The notes below the pieces were generated by a model. The model saw only the letters and a list, made by a program, of their open reading frames with translations, made no database searches and was not told where the DNA came from. From positions 1-64,000 of IMG/VR virus record IMGVR_UViG_3300010163_000003: a DNA stretch of 64,000 nt; one strand, 5' to 3'. Below, in pieces: positions 27,473 through 38,352 of this stretch (its first letter is position 1; each line of letters starts with the position of its first letter). The position numbers and the translations under genes were made by a program. Source of the DNA: a virus (taxonomy: Duplodnaviria > Caudoviricetes).

Positions 27473-27538
27473 CATGGTGCGTTCCTCTCTCTTTTATGTT
27501 ATAATATTTATAGCTATTAAGAGGAGGAACGCACCATG
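27473..27538 (+). promoter_or_regulatory. RBS/start-sequestering hairpin with an internal extended -10 promoter
   Basis: catggtgcgttcctc (27473-27487) pairs with gaggaacgcaccatg (27524-27538); TGnTATAAT at 27497-27505 in the loop. Confidence 0.7.
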
Positions 27539-28567
27539 AACGCTTCTGAGAAAAAGGCCATAGTTAAACGTGCATGTGAGATTATTTACTCTAACGAGGG
27601 TGACTATGGCTCTGTAAACAAGAATGACAATGGTGCTTTGTCAATAGGCAAAGTGCAATGGCACGCAGATAGAGCATTATCTCTTTTAAGAGATATCATT
27701 AAAGCTAACGAATCTCAAGCTAAGACAATCTTAGGGGATACTCTTTTTAATGAAATTAAAACTACTACCAGCAATTGGAGTAATCGTATAGTTAATACAA
27801 TCGAAGCAAACTGCATTACTAAATTACTCATAACAAGTGCCGGTAAAAAAGTACAGGATAAGCTTGCTGAGAAAGATGTAGAAAGCTATATTGATATTGG
27901 AATATCTTATGGTATTCAAGATCCCGATTCTCTTATCTACTTTGCTGATGGAATCAATCAATATGGTTCATATTCTAAAGTGTGGAAAAATATCGCTATT
28001 AAATCTGTACATAATGGTGATACGTTAGACTCTATACATGCCGCAGCATCTTCCATGGCAAGTCAGTATATCTCTAGACGTATTAAGACATATAACATCA
28101 TTAAAGGGCATAATACAGTAAGTAAATCTAATACCTACACTAAATATAAAGACTCAAATAAAGTAAAATACATACAAGGTTGGGTAAATACTCAATTATT
28201 AGGTACTAACTTTACAGCTTTAAGTGTAGATGGCGTTATAGGTCTTAAAACTAAAGCCGGGATTGTTAAGTGTTTACAACAGTGTTTAAATCATGAATTT
28301 AATGCCAATCTTGATGTGGATGGAATATTTGGTCGCATGACGCAAATAGCATGCCCTACGGTTACTACATATAAGTGCAATTCTGGAGATATAGTTCACA
28401 TCATACAATTTGCTTTATATTGTAACGATATAGAGATAGATAAGTTTGATTATTATTATGGCTCTAAAACTGCTAATGCTGTAGGGATATTTCAAAGACG
28501 TAACAATTTACCGATTACCGAACGAGTTGATGATACAGTCTTTAAGTCGCTATTCGATGGCTTTTAA
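27536..28567 (+). CDS. Putative endolysin: lysozyme-like N-terminal domain plus peptidoglycan-binding repeats
   Basis: NEGDYGSVN.NDNGALSIGK.QWH; L.VDG.IG..T and L.VDGIFG..T PG-binding motifs. Confidence 0.75.
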   Translation: MNASEKKAIVKRACEIIYSNEGDYGSVNKNDNGALSIGKVQWHADRALSLLRDIIKANESQAKTILGDTLFNEIKTTTSNWSNRIVNTIEANCITKLLITSAGKKVQDKLAEKDVESYIDIGISYGIQDPDSLIYFADGINQYGSYSKVWKNIAIKSVHNGDTLDSIHAAASSMASQYISRRIKTYNIIKGHNTVSKSNTYTKYKDSNKVKYIQGWVNTQLLGTNFTALSVDGVIGLKTKAGIVKCLQQCLNHEFNANLDVDGIFGRMTQIACPTVTTYKCNSGDIVHIIQFALYCNDIEIDKFDYYYGSKTANAVGIFQRRNNLPITERVDDTVFKSLFDGF

Positions 28568-28607
28568 TGACGGCTAACGCCGTCCAACTAGATTTTGAGG
28601 TGATAAT

Positions 28608-29324
28608 ATGAAATTACAAGCGATGAACAAGAAAATTACTGACTATGGCTATGATTATGAAATTGAATATGGCAATCCTGAATTTCATGGTCATGTTAAA
28701 GGCGTTGAGCTTTGTGTAATAGATGCTAGAACTGGATATGTTACAGAAAATCATCTTCCTAATAGCGTTAAGGAAAATAGAGATGAAGTTCTTGACAAAA
28801 TCCTTAATGATGATAGCATTATTAAAGTTGTCAATAATGCTCTTATTGCAACTGAAAGTGGCGGATTAGTCCCAGAAGATATTTATATGCTTCCATATAT
28901 GGTGATAGACCATTCTTGTTTACAGCCTACAGCCAATTTTGTGAGCGTAGTACCAGAAACAATGTTAGATCCATCCGATTTGCAATATTGTATGGATATA
29001 GAAGTACTGTTCTGCTGCAATAATCTTAACAGATATATGACATTGCATCTTCAGTCTCATGCAACTCCTGTTATTGACTTAGTTTTATATGTGTTTAGCA
29101 GCGATAATGACGATCTTGATGAGTTCTTAAAGAACGCTACTGATATCAAACTTACGCCTACTGAAAATCATGAACATGCTGTTACATTAGATATGTACAA
29201 TGAATGCGGAGATAGATTTGATATTAAATTTCCATCTATCGATCATCTTGCAGATCGTATTACGTCAATACGTCTTTTAGACTGCAAACCGCTTACGACT
29301 TCAACTCCAGCTGAGGATGATTAA
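28608..29324 (+). CDS. Hypothetical protein
   Basis: gaggtg RBS. Confidence 0.6.
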   Translation: MKLQAMNKKITDYGYDYEIEYGNPEFHGHVKGVELCVIDARTGYVTENHLPNSVKENRDEVLDKILNDDSIIKVVNNALIATESGGLVPEDIYMLPYMVIDHSCLQPTANFVSVVPETMLDPSDLQYCMDIEVLFCCNNLNRYMTLHLQSHATPVIDLVLYVFSSDNDDLDEFLKNATDIKLTPTENHEHAVTLDMYNECGDRFDIKFPSIDHLADRITSIRLLDCKPLTTSTPAEDD

Positions 29325-29326
29325 TA

Positions 29327-31135
29327 TTGTTAGTAGTTACTCAACTTACTAATGGTAATCTTAGCATAAAATCTGATTACTATTATAAAGATAGAATAAA
29401 ACGAATACCATCGGCACAATTTGATCCTGAACGTAAAGAATGGGTCATATTGAAAGAGTATTTGGCAAATCTGGAACAAGAGTTCGCAGGAGAACTTGTA
29501 TATAAAACACCCAGGTGGATCATTAGAGGCGATCCTATGCCAGATTACTCTGATATGTACAAAATTACAAATAATAATATAACTCTTCCAAATTTAAAGA
29601 TAGAACCATATGATTATCAAAAGTATGGAATTAAGTTTATGATTGATAAAATTCAAAAACATAATTTCGTACTTAATGCAGACGATGTAGGCTTGGGAAA
29701 GACTTTTCAAGCAATTGCAGTTATAAAATGGTTTATGGAGAACTATCTATTTAGGAAAATTCTTATTGTTTGTAAAAAATCTATAAAGAAACAATGGATG
29801 GATGAATTCAGTAAATTTACTGATATTCACGACAATATTCCTATTGTTTATACAAAAACTACCCCTAAAAAGAGAGCAGCAGCATATGCTGTTATCGACA
29901 ATTCTCCACAAGGAATATTGATAACTAATTATCATACATTCCTTAATGATACAGATAAAATTAAAAGTTTAGGCTTTGATATGTGTGTCATTGATGAAGT
30001 TCATTCAGTGAAAGCACGTAATGGTAAGCTTAATAATAATATCTCTCAGGTTGTTCGTGGTAAACCTACTATATTTCTTACTGGCACTCCTATTATGTCT
30101 AGACCAGAAGATATATTTGGCATAGTTCAAATGGTTAATCGCAACTATTTCGGCTCATATTTTGATTTCAGCAGAAGATTTTTAACTACTGACTTATATA
30201 GCAAATTTGGACCAAAAATAGTAGGAGCAAAGAATCTTGATGAGCTTAGAAATAAAGTTCAAGATATTGTTATTAGGCGAACAGAATATGAGGTAGCAGT
30301 ACAATTACCTGAAGTTATTTTGCAACAGAAAGATTGTGAAATGGACCCCACTCAGGTTAAGATTGCTAAAGCTATACATGCCAAAAGCGAATTTATAATG
30401 GATGGAATGGAGTCTTTAATGACAGAAGCTGCTAAGCCTAATGTCGATAAAGATGTTATTGCTAATAAATTAAAAGTACTTGACGCGCAATCTAAAGCAT
30501 TGATTGCTGCTCGTCAAGCTGTAGCAAATGATCCTCGTTTATTCCTATCTAGTAATTCTATAGCGATGAGAAAAGATTATGGGATTTTAATTCCTAAATC
30601 TTATACAATGTCTCCTAAAACAGAATCCATATTAGAAACAGTGGAGGATATCGTTAGTAATGGAGATAAAGTTATCTTGTTTACTAAGTTTAGAACTTGT
30701 GCTAGAATGGTAAAACAAGATATAGAGCAGAATCTTAAAACAAATGCATTGTTATATACTGGTGGCGAAAACGATGATCAGCGCAATGACGCGCTTGATT
30801 TATTCCGTAATACTTCTACTTATAATATATTAATAGGTACAGAAGCATTAGCAGAAGGAGTAAATCTTCAGGTTGCTAAATATGTTATAAATATAGACCA
30901 ACCTGACACATTTGCTATAAAGACGCAACGTATAGGTAGAGCAAGACGTGTAGGATCTCAATTTGATAATGTAATTGTATACGATATGATTACTAAATCA
31001 GAGGGGGGAGTTATTTCTAAAGACGAAGAAAGACTCCGTAATATAACTAACAATGAAGACCTTACAGATGCTCTTGTAACGCTTAATGAAGCTCAGCAAA
31101 AGGCAATTATTGAAGCTATGAAAGAGGAACAATAA
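29327..31135 (+). CDS. SNF2-family (DEAD/H) helicase
   Basis: DDVGLGKT, IDEVH, LTGTP, EGVNLQ, QRIGRARRVG. Confidence 0.9.
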   Translation: MLVVTQLTNGNLSIKSDYYYKDRIKRIPSAQFDPERKEWVILKEYLANLEQEFAGELVYKTPRWIIRGDPMPDYSDMYKITNNNITLPNLKIEPYDYQKYGIKFMIDKIQKHNFVLNADDVGLGKTFQAIAVIKWFMENYLFRKILIVCKKSIKKQWMDEFSKFTDIHDNIPIVYTKTTPKKRAAAYAVIDNSPQGILITNYHTFLNDTDKIKSLGFDMCVIDEVHSVKARNGKLNNNISQVVRGKPTIFLTGTPIMSRPEDIFGIVQMVNRNYFGSYFDFSRRFLTTDLYSKFGPKIVGAKNLDELRNKVQDIVIRRTEYEVAVQLPEVILQQKDCEMDPTQVKIAKAIHAKSEFIMDGMESLMTEAAKPNVDKDVIANKLKVLDAQSKALIAARQAVANDPRLFLSSNSIAMRKDYGILIPKSYTMSPKTESILETVEDIVSNGDKVILFTKFRTCARMVKQDIEQNLKTNALLYTGGENDDQRNDALDLFRNTSTYNILIGTEALAEGVNLQVAKYVINIDQPDTFAIKTQRIGRARRVGSQFDNVIVYDMITKSEGGVISKDEERLRNITNNEDLTDALVTLNEAQQKAIIEAMKEEQ

Positions 31136-31320
31136 TGTATGACCCCAATATGAGTATAGAGGCAATAAAAAGTAATCTCACTACTATTAGAAATAAGTTA
31201 TGGAGAACTTTGATGCCTTATCAAGTTGACGCAATAGATACTGCATTTAACATCATAACGGCTTTCGATAATGAATCGAAAGCCAAAGATGTTCTCGAAA
31301 AGATATATGAATCGAGATGA
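31135..31320 (+). CDS. Hypothetical protein
   Basis: Translationally coupled ORF. Confidence 0.5.
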   Translation: MYDPNMSIEAIKSNLTTIRNKLWRTLMPYQVDAIDTAFNIITAFDNESKAKDVLEKIYESR

Positions 31321-31670
31321 TAAAAATGGATATGAACGCCTTTTATATTCCAGGTATAGAAAGTAAAGTATGCATCGTATGGGATATACCTCATAGCCTT
31401 ATTAACCGATATACAATTTACAGAGATGATGTACCTATCGTTACTGGAAATATAAATGACGAAGATTTTCCATTTGAACATCCTACTCCGTTTGATAGAG
31501 ACCACCATACAAATCTCTTTTTTAAAGATTCCCCTCATCAGTATATGTATATAGATAGAAATATCTATAAGCATCAATATTATAAATATCAAGTTTATGC
31601 CGAAAGAGTAGAAAATGGTGAAGTATTAATGCGCTACAAATCTAAAGCAGATTTCATAGGTGTATTTTAA
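31317..31670 (+). CDS. Hypothetical protein (FnIII-like beta-rich)
   Basis: W..P...Y.IYRD..., Y.D......Y.YQVYA pattern. Confidence 0.45.
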   Translation: MIKMDMNAFYIPGIESKVCIVWDIPHSLINRYTIYRDDVPIVTGNINDEDFPFEHPTPFDRDHHTNLFFKDSPHQYMYIDRNIYKHQYYKYQVYAERVENGEVLMRYKSKADFIGVF

Positions 31671-31672
31671 AA

Positions 31673-31975
31673 ATGAATGAAGAAATCTTAAACTTTATAA
31701 ACACCTTTAAAAACGTGTTCCCGAAAGAAGTTGAGTTTACCTTTTATAGAGGTCAGTGTTATTGGTTTTCTCATATTTTGGCAACACGTTTTAAAGGTGA
31801 TATTTGGTTTAATGCCGAATTAGTCCATTTTGCATGTTTTATCGATAATGCCTTATATGATATATATGGCAAAATCGAAGATATGCGAAATTGGACTAAT
31901 TGGCATGACTTTCAATGTATGTATCCTGATTTAGTCGATGACATTGTTGATTCTTGTATCAAAAAAATAAAATAA
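31673..31975 (+). CDS. Hypothetical protein
   Basis: G.CYWF..IL, HF, YDI.G conserved-looking motifs. Confidence 0.55.
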   Translation: MNEEILNFINTFKNVFPKEVEFTFYRGQCYWFSHILATRFKGDIWFNAELVHFACFIDNALYDIYGKIEDMRNWTNWHDFQCMYPDLVDDIVDSCIKKIK

Positions 31976-32088
31976 TGTATTCGACATGGTATATGCCGCG
32001 CATGAGGAAATTTGGTCATCAGCGGAAATTGAATATATGACCAAATTTCCAAAATTAAAATTTCGCAAAAATATTAGGAATTGGAATT

Positions 32089-33294
32089 ATGGAACTAACC
32101 CATATTTTTTCTGAGATATTGTGGTGGATAATAGTTGCGATATTTATATTATATTATCCAATAAAAATTTTTATTGAGCATAAAGAAGAAAAGAAATTTA
32201 TTGCTCATATGGAAAATTTAAGAGAACAAATTCAAGATCAATATGGTTGGGATATAAGATATTATTCATGTACAAGATTCTCATCAAAGGAAGAATTCAT
32301 TAATAAATACGAAATACAGATAGTCGCATTTCGTGAACCAGTTTTTCCTAAAGGACTCTACTTTAAGAATTTTATATATATGGATAAAAACGTTCTATTG
32401 AAATATCCGAATCAATTACTGTTAGACTTAGGTGATCTTAAATATGAGTTACAAAACAAAAAAAATAAATCGCCCTCTAACGAGGGCGTATCGAGATCTA
32501 AAAATACACAAGAAAGGGGTAAGCATAAGCCTATGGTTGAGATTCCATATATAGATATAAAAGCAACTACTAGTGAAATCAATAGAGTATTAACAGATGT
32601 AGTTGATAGATGGCCTGCCAAGATGGAATATTCTATAGAGCCTGTAACTTTAAGAAAAAATAGAAATTCTGGTAGGCGTATAAAATTTAAAAATGAACAC
32701 GATGACTTAAAATTTGATGTCGTTACAAAATATGATCCCAATACAGATACCATAATTTTTTGTAACTTAAAGATTGCTAGCATGAAAAAGAAGTTCTATC
32801 TTGCAGATATGGGTGTTCAATATCAGCCTGGAGCTTCTGAAGATACTACACTTCTTGCTGTAACTTGTCTGATAAAGCTTGCGGAAGAATTCAATGGTAC
32901 TATTGCATGTCTTGCATCGGATGATGTCATGACTATCATTAAGAACGGTAAAAAAGTTGAAGCAGAAGGCATCGGTTTAATAGATACCAATGGTGAAGTA
33001 TATGTACCATCTAATTTCGATAAGCCTATAAGTGTCAAAGATGAAGATGATGAATCATCTTTCCAAATAAATAAACCTATAAACGTATGGCTTGATGAAA
33101 ATCCAAAAGTAAAAGAAAAAATGATGACATATAATACTATGCCAGAAAGAATGGATTTCGTAGGTAAAGTATTAATTCAATTAAAACTACGAGATACAAT
33201 TGATACAGATGAATTTATGGATATATTCAGACAAGCTGGTGTTATAGGTTTTTCTGATTCGTCTGTATCAAATATATATAAGTTATTAATTTAG
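32089..33294 (+). CDS. Hypothetical protein, probably two genes fused through an A8 tract (second start ATG 32533)
   Basis: N-terminal TM helix; internal hairpin and RBS at 32471-32520. Confidence 0.5.
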   Translation: MELTHIFSEILWWIIVAIFILYYPIKIFIEHKEEKKFIAHMENLREQIQDQYGWDIRYYSCTRFSSKEEFINKYEIQIVAFREPVFPKGLYFKNFIYMDKNVLLKYPNQLLLDLGDLKYELQNKKNKSPSNEGVSRSKNTQERGKHKPMVEIPYIDIKATTSEINRVLTDVVDRWPAKMEYSIEPVTLRKNRNSGRRIKFKNEHDDLKFDVVTKYDPNTDTIIFCNLKIASMKKKFYLADMGVQYQPGASEDTTLLAVTCLIKLAEEFNGTIACLASDDVMTIIKNGKKVEAEGIGLIDTNGEVYVPSNFDKPISVKDEDDESSFQINKPINVWLDENPKVKEKMMTYNTMPERMDFVGKVLIQLKLRDTIDTDEFMDIFRQAGVIGFSDSSVSNIYKLLI

Positions 33295-33313
33295 GAAGGA
33301 GATAAATATAGCA

Positions 33314-34714
33314 ATGAACGACTTCAATTTTGACGAATTATTTAGTGGCCTTAATCTTGATTCGTCTAACACTAACACTACTACCACAACGATAACACAG
33401 ACGCAACCGCAAATCGTTGCAAAGCCTAAAACAGAGGAGGCGAAAATGAATGACACAAATAAATCGTCATTGTTGCAATCTGCACAGGATAAAATGCAGC
33501 GTATTGCGGCGGAGCTTAATGATAGCTATGTAGAACGTGATGTTCTTATTAATCTTATGCAGATAGCTATTGCAACAGGCACTAATTTGCTTATGCTTGG
33601 CCCTCCGGGAACTGCAAAGAGTCAGATTACTCATGACCTGTGCTCTCGTATTGATCAGGCTAATTACTTTCAGTGGATGCTGAATAAGACCACTGACCCG
33701 TCTGAGATTCTCGGATCTTTTTCCGTTAAAGAGCTGGAGAATGATAAGTTTCTTCGTATCACTACAGGTAAGCTTCCTGAAGCACATATTGGATTTCTTG
33801 ATGAAGTATACAAGAGTAACGCTCCTACTTTGAATGCTCTGTTGACTATCATGAATGAACATATCTTCTACAATGATGGCAAAGCTGTTGATATACCTCT
33901 TATCTCTTTAATTGGTGCATCAAATGAACCGCCAGAGGATGAGACTTTGCTTGCTCTGCATGATAGGTTTATCTTCAGAATTAATCTGGAGTATGTTCAT
34001 GACGTAGCAAACAAGAAGCGTATGCATTCTAACTATCTTGACAAGAGGGCTGGTTTGCTTGGACTTGCAGGGCGTAGTTCTATTACTCTTAATGAAATTA
34101 AAGCGTTGCAGGAAGCGACTAATACCGTCAAGGTATCTAAAGATATCATCAACAAATTCATTCGCCTTATCAGTACCCTGGAACGTCAGGCAATTCATGT
34201 ATCTGATAGGCGGCAGAATGAGTGTCTTAAAGTCATGCAGGGTAGCGCCGTTCTTGCGGGACGTAACTCTGTAACGCTTGATGACTTCAAGCCATTGATA
34301 TATGTCTTGTGGGAACAAGAAAGTCACATCCCGATTATCGAAACCGAAATTACAAAGATCATTAATCCGTATGACGACAAGTTCAAAGACATTCGGATAA
34401 ACTTCGAGAGTATTAAGACTAACATTGATACTACTAACGATCCGAATGAAAAGACCAAGAAAGCAATAGAGTCTAAAATGGCGATTGAAAAGCTTGTTTC
34501 TAAAACCAATAAACTTATCAATGATGCCGCTAAGAACAATCGTGACGTAACAGAGTTTACCAACTTCCGTAATAGTATGGTACAATTTATGCAAGAATTG
34601 CTTAACAGTACTCTTGGTACTACTTTTTCTCCATCCAATAAAACTAATGGCACAGTAACCGCTGATAACTCCACTTCTATTATAGGAGAAGATGAAGATA
34701 TCATACCATTCTAA
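33314..34714 (+). CDS. MoxR/RavA-family AAA+ ATPase
   Basis: LLMLGPPGTAKS, FLDEVYK, LNALL..MNE, ASNE.P, AL.DRF. Confidence 0.9.
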   Translation: MNDFNFDELFSGLNLDSSNTNTTTTTITQTQPQIVAKPKTEEAKMNDTNKSSLLQSAQDKMQRIAAELNDSYVERDVLINLMQIAIATGTNLLMLGPPGTAKSQITHDLCSRIDQANYFQWMLNKTTDPSEILGSFSVKELENDKFLRITTGKLPEAHIGFLDEVYKSNAPTLNALLTIMNEHIFYNDGKAVDIPLISLIGASNEPPEDETLLALHDRFIFRINLEYVHDVANKKRMHSNYLDKRAGLLGLAGRSSITLNEIKALQEATNTVKVSKDIINKFIRLISTLERQAIHVSDRRQNECLKVMQGSAVLAGRNSVTLDDFKPLIYVLWEQESHIPIIETEITKIINPYDDKFKDIRINFESIKTNIDTTNDPNEKTKKAIESKMAIEKLVSKTNKLINDAAKNNRDVTEFTNFRNSMVQFMQELLNSTLGTTFSPSNKTNGTVTADNSTSIIGEDEDIIPF

Positions 34715-34729
34715 AAGGGAGGTATACGT

Positions 34730-36466
34730 ATGGCTGTAGATGACTTGTTCGCAAATATAAATTTGTGGGAAGATGTGTCTGAAGAAGAAAAAGCACAAGA
34801 GTTAGAACGACTTCGTGTTCGAGACAGTAATGCAACTATAAAAGAAAACCTTAATGGTAAGTCCACACAAGAAGTGCTTGGGCTTACCAATCTTAAAAAG
34901 GCTATCGTGTATAAATTCAATGCCATTAAGTGTGATATTACTGACGTTGAAGATTATGAAGATATTCTTGCAGAATCTCCAGTAATGCAAAACACCGTAG
35001 CTAGGGGAGAATCATTGCTTCCTACATTTAGGTATCTTCATCAGGATTTCTATCTTAGTCTCGTTAAATACTCGCCAGAGCTAAATCCTGGTGTAGAAAT
35101 GCATGCCTCTACAAGAATGAATCGTGGCATATTCTCTAAGATTATTAATACTCCAGAATTTATTAAACTTAGAAAGATATGCAGGCTTGATAGATTCAGT
35201 GCAGCTTTAGGGGCAGAGATCCTTGGACAAGAAGCTATTGAAATTATAGAAGATTTAATAGCTAAAACTAAAGACGCAGAAGAACAGCGTAAAGCATTGC
35301 AAAAACTTATGGAAAAAGAACAAGAGATTGATGACATTCTTGAAGAACAAGAATCTCTTGACGATATCCTTAAGCAAATGCAACAATCTGGCGGATCACC
35401 TGAAGATCTCCAAGAAGTGTCTGATATGATGAATGAGAATGGACACACGCTTGAAGAAGCTAAAGCTATTGCTAATGCATTGGCTCAACAGTGCGATGAT
35501 CTTATTCAAGAAGATGGCGATGATATAGTTAATGCTGCCAATGCATTAGGCCGAGCAATGACTCAAGCTACCACAGAAATACAAGAAGTGTCTCAATATT
35601 GTGCAACATGGGGACTCGGTGAAGGCGGAGATGGTAAAGTAGCATTCCAAAATAAACGAGAGGCTATCGAAAAGATACGTCGTTCCACTAAACTTAAGAA
35701 AATGACTGATGCTATTGGTCGTTTTAAAGAATCTGCAATCACTGAACAGAAAAAGAAAGCCAAAGATGGAGCTGTTGAAATACACTCCACTGAATTGGGG
35801 GATAAAATACAAGACACTCTCCCATCAGAACGTATGGGGTTGGTACGCCAAGAAACAAAGCTTGACTTCTATCGAAAATTACAAGAGAAACAGCTTCTTG
35901 TGTACAGCAAGAGAGCACACAAGCAAAAGAACAAAGGACCAATCATTGTATGCGTTGATACATCTGGGTCTATGAGTGGTGACTCAGAGATATGGAGTAA
36001 AGCAATGACTATTGGAGTTCTTGAAATTGCTGAAATGCAGAAAAGAGACTTTGCTTGTATAATATATAGCTCTTATGCAGATGAACCTATTATTATACGC
36101 AAAGGAGAAACTGCTCCTGAAAAGATTATTCAGTGCGCAGAAAAGTTTCATAATGGTGGAACAAATTTTCAGGAGCCATTAGAGAAAGCAATAGAATTAA
36201 TTAACACGTCTACCTTTAAAAATGCTGATATATTATTTATATCCGATGGCGACTGTAGTATATCAGATCCTTTCTTGCGTAGATATAAGAAAATTAAGGA
36301 AGAAAAAGAGTTTAATACTCAGGGCGTGCTAATCAATCTTGGGCGAGGTCATTCATACGATGGAACCATGAAAGAGTTCTGTGATAAAATCACTCTTGTT
36401 AGTGATGTAGCAGATTTAAAGGATAGTGACTCTGATATAAACAAATCCATTTTTGGTTCTCTTTAA
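34730..36466 (+). CDS. VWA-domain (ViaA-like) partner protein
   Basis: GPIIVCVDTSGSM MIDAS, GGTNF, ADILFISDG. Confidence 0.88.
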   Translation: MAVDDLFANINLWEDVSEEEKAQELERLRVRDSNATIKENLNGKSTQEVLGLTNLKKAIVYKFNAIKCDITDVEDYEDILAESPVMQNTVARGESLLPTFRYLHQDFYLSLVKYSPELNPGVEMHASTRMNRGIFSKIINTPEFIKLRKICRLDRFSAALGAEILGQEAIEIIEDLIAKTKDAEEQRKALQKLMEKEQEIDDILEEQESLDDILKQMQQSGGSPEDLQEVSDMMNENGHTLEEAKAIANALAQQCDDLIQEDGDDIVNAANALGRAMTQATTEIQEVSQYCATWGLGEGGDGKVAFQNKREAIEKIRRSTKLKKMTDAIGRFKESAITEQKKKAKDGAVEIHSTELGDKIQDTLPSERMGLVRQETKLDFYRKLQEKQLLVYSKRAHKQKNKGPIIVCVDTSGSMSGDSEIWSKAMTIGVLEIAEMQKRDFACIIYSSYADEPIIIRKGETAPEKIIQCAEKFHNGGTNFQEPLEKAIELINTSTFKNADILFISDGDCSISDPFLRRYKKIKEEKEFNTQGVLINLGRGHSYDGTMKEFCDKITLVSDVADLKDSDSDINKSIFGSL

Positions 36467-36475
36467 GGAGGAAAT

Positions 36476-37090
36476 ATGACTAATTCAGAAATGACTACAA
36501 TAGAAGATTCAATGGAAGCTTCTATGACTGTTTGTTTTAAGTTGCAAGAGTGTCTGAACAATCCAGACACTCCTCTGCATGTAAAGCAAGTATACTTCAT
36601 GGATCATGAAGCTGAGATAAGAAAGGCAACTAGTACTATTAGTGATACTATTAATAGGATAGCTCAGTTGCCCGCTGAAGAAAAGATGGATATAACAGTT
36701 GCCTTTTCTGATATGTTAGATGAGGCAAAAGCTATGTTAGAAAATACTAGAATGAGTATCTACGATTTTAAACAGTCATTAACTGTTAACAAAGATGTTT
36801 CAGAAGAAGACTTAAAGGTATCTATTACAAAAGAAACTTTAAAAGATATTAATGAGCTTCAAGAAGTACCTACAGGATTTGCTTCATGTAATTATATACT
36901 TACTTGTGGCAACATAATTAGGGCTTTTTATGCTGATGAAAATAATAAACATGACATTAATGCATGTTTAGCTGAGCATATTGAGGCAATATCACAGAAT
37001 CCAAAGTACGATCCTAAAAGTGAAGTAAGATTGTTTAAGATATCTTCTAAAGAAATTCCTTTAAAGGAACGGATAATATATACTGTGTGA
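36476..37090 (+). CDS. Hypothetical protein
   Basis: aaggagg RBS. Confidence 0.6.
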   Translation: MTNSEMTTIEDSMEASMTVCFKLQECLNNPDTPLHVKQVYFMDHEAEIRKATSTISDTINRIAQLPAEEKMDITVAFSDMLDEAKAMLENTRMSIYDFKQSLTVNKDVSEEDLKVSITKETLKDINELQEVPTGFASCNYILTCGNIIRAFYADENNKHDINACLAEHIEAISQNPKYDPKSEVRLFKISSKEIPLKERIIYTV

Positions 37091-37097
37091 GGTAGTT

Positions 37098-37379
37098 ATG
37101 GAGATACCCAAATTTAAATTTAATCCACACAGTTTATTGGATAAAGAGCACCAAGCCTATGAACATTATAAAATGGTATGGATGCTTAACCATGGATATA
37201 CTTTGCACAATATTCTTCTTGCTCTTGATTATTGTATGAGCGAATACAGCGAAGACTTTGATGAAGCTATAGAAAACTTTGAAAATAATATAGGATTCCA
37301 TGGTGAAATATGGCCTTATTTTTATGAGTTCATGCAATGTGAATATCATGAATGCGGATACGATAAGGAGGAATCATGA
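37098..37379 (+). CDS. Hypothetical protein
   Basis: gaggt RBS. Confidence 0.55.
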   Translation: MEIPKFKFNPHSLLDKEHQAYEHYKMVWMLNHGYTLHNILLALDYCMSEYSEDFDEAIENFENNIGFHGEIWPYFYEFMQCEYHECGYDKEES

Positions 37380-38350
37380 GTAAAGCAATATATAAAACAC
37401 ATAAAGATTTTCCCCAGAACTTGCTTCTGGGGAATCTTATGTTTATGACACTTGGCGATATGAAAATACCTGTATCTGAGCTTAAAGATATATTTAATGT
37501 TAATAACATTCCTGAACATTATGTTAGGGATATATCTGCGGCTGATGCATACCGCCGCGCTTCGTCTGACCTTAAGAATCGCAAGGTGTTTTGGAAAGAC
37601 GACATGGGAAACGCAGAAGTTTGTCGTGTCGAGGTGGACGAGGTACGTAGCGATATAATAGGTATTAAACGCATTGTAGGTATAAAGCAAATAGATGAAG
37701 GAGCTGAGGAAGTCGGCTATCTTCCTATTGCTGAACTTACATTTAATAGGAACGGAAGCAGTATAGGTGCAGTTCCGCTTATAGATTGTAGCGATGCAAA
37801 TTATTCTGAAGTTAATGATCTGTGCAGACTTTTTGAATCCAATTATAATGATTGGTCTGTGTATCATAATAAAGCTACAGTACGAAATATTATTAATCGT
37901 ATAGTAGCTGACACTCACCCTATCAATCTCACATCTACAGGATTATGTAAGTTTACACCTCAGTCTTCTACCAATCTCCTATACAATTTAAAACATGCTC
38001 TTGAAGCTATGAATACTTTTCTTACTCCTGGTCAAAATGGAATAGAGAATGCTATGGAAATTATACCTGTTATTGACACAGATGAACAGAGAGATACCAT
38101 AGAAAAGAGCTTTAGAAATGAATCCCTTAGTGAGATGAACGCTATGGTGATAGAACTTAAACAAGTTCTTCAATCTAAACAGACATTGTCATCTCGTACT
38201 GCCGCTTCTTATGTTGAAAGATTTAAAGATCTTAAGGCAAAAGCTGCGGACTATGAAAATCTTCTCGGAATCTACGTAGATGCATTGCATACTCAACTTG
38301 CTGAAGCAATACAACTCGTTGATGATAACACTACAAAGAAAGGAGCATAA
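37376..38350 (+). CDS. Conserved protein associated with MoxR-VWA loci (DUF6744-like)
   Basis: LLG.LMF, DAYRRA, G...F.P, K...YE.LL pattern; context next to MoxR/VWA. Confidence 0.5.
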   Translation: MSKAIYKTHKDFPQNLLLGNLMFMTLGDMKIPVSELKDIFNVNNIPEHYVRDISAADAYRRASSDLKNRKVFWKDDMGNAEVCRVEVDEVRSDIIGIKRIVGIKQIDEGAEEVGYLPIAELTFNRNGSSIGAVPLIDCSDANYSEVNDLCRLFESNYNDWSVYHNKATVRNIINRIVADTHPINLTSTGLCKFTPQSSTNLLYNLKHALEAMNTFLTPGQNGIENAMEIIPVIDTDEQRDTIEKSFRNESLSEMNAMVIELKQVLQSKQTLSSRTAASYVERFKDLKAKAADYENLLGIYVDALHTQLAEAIQLVDDNTTKKGA

Positions 38351-38352
38351 CT

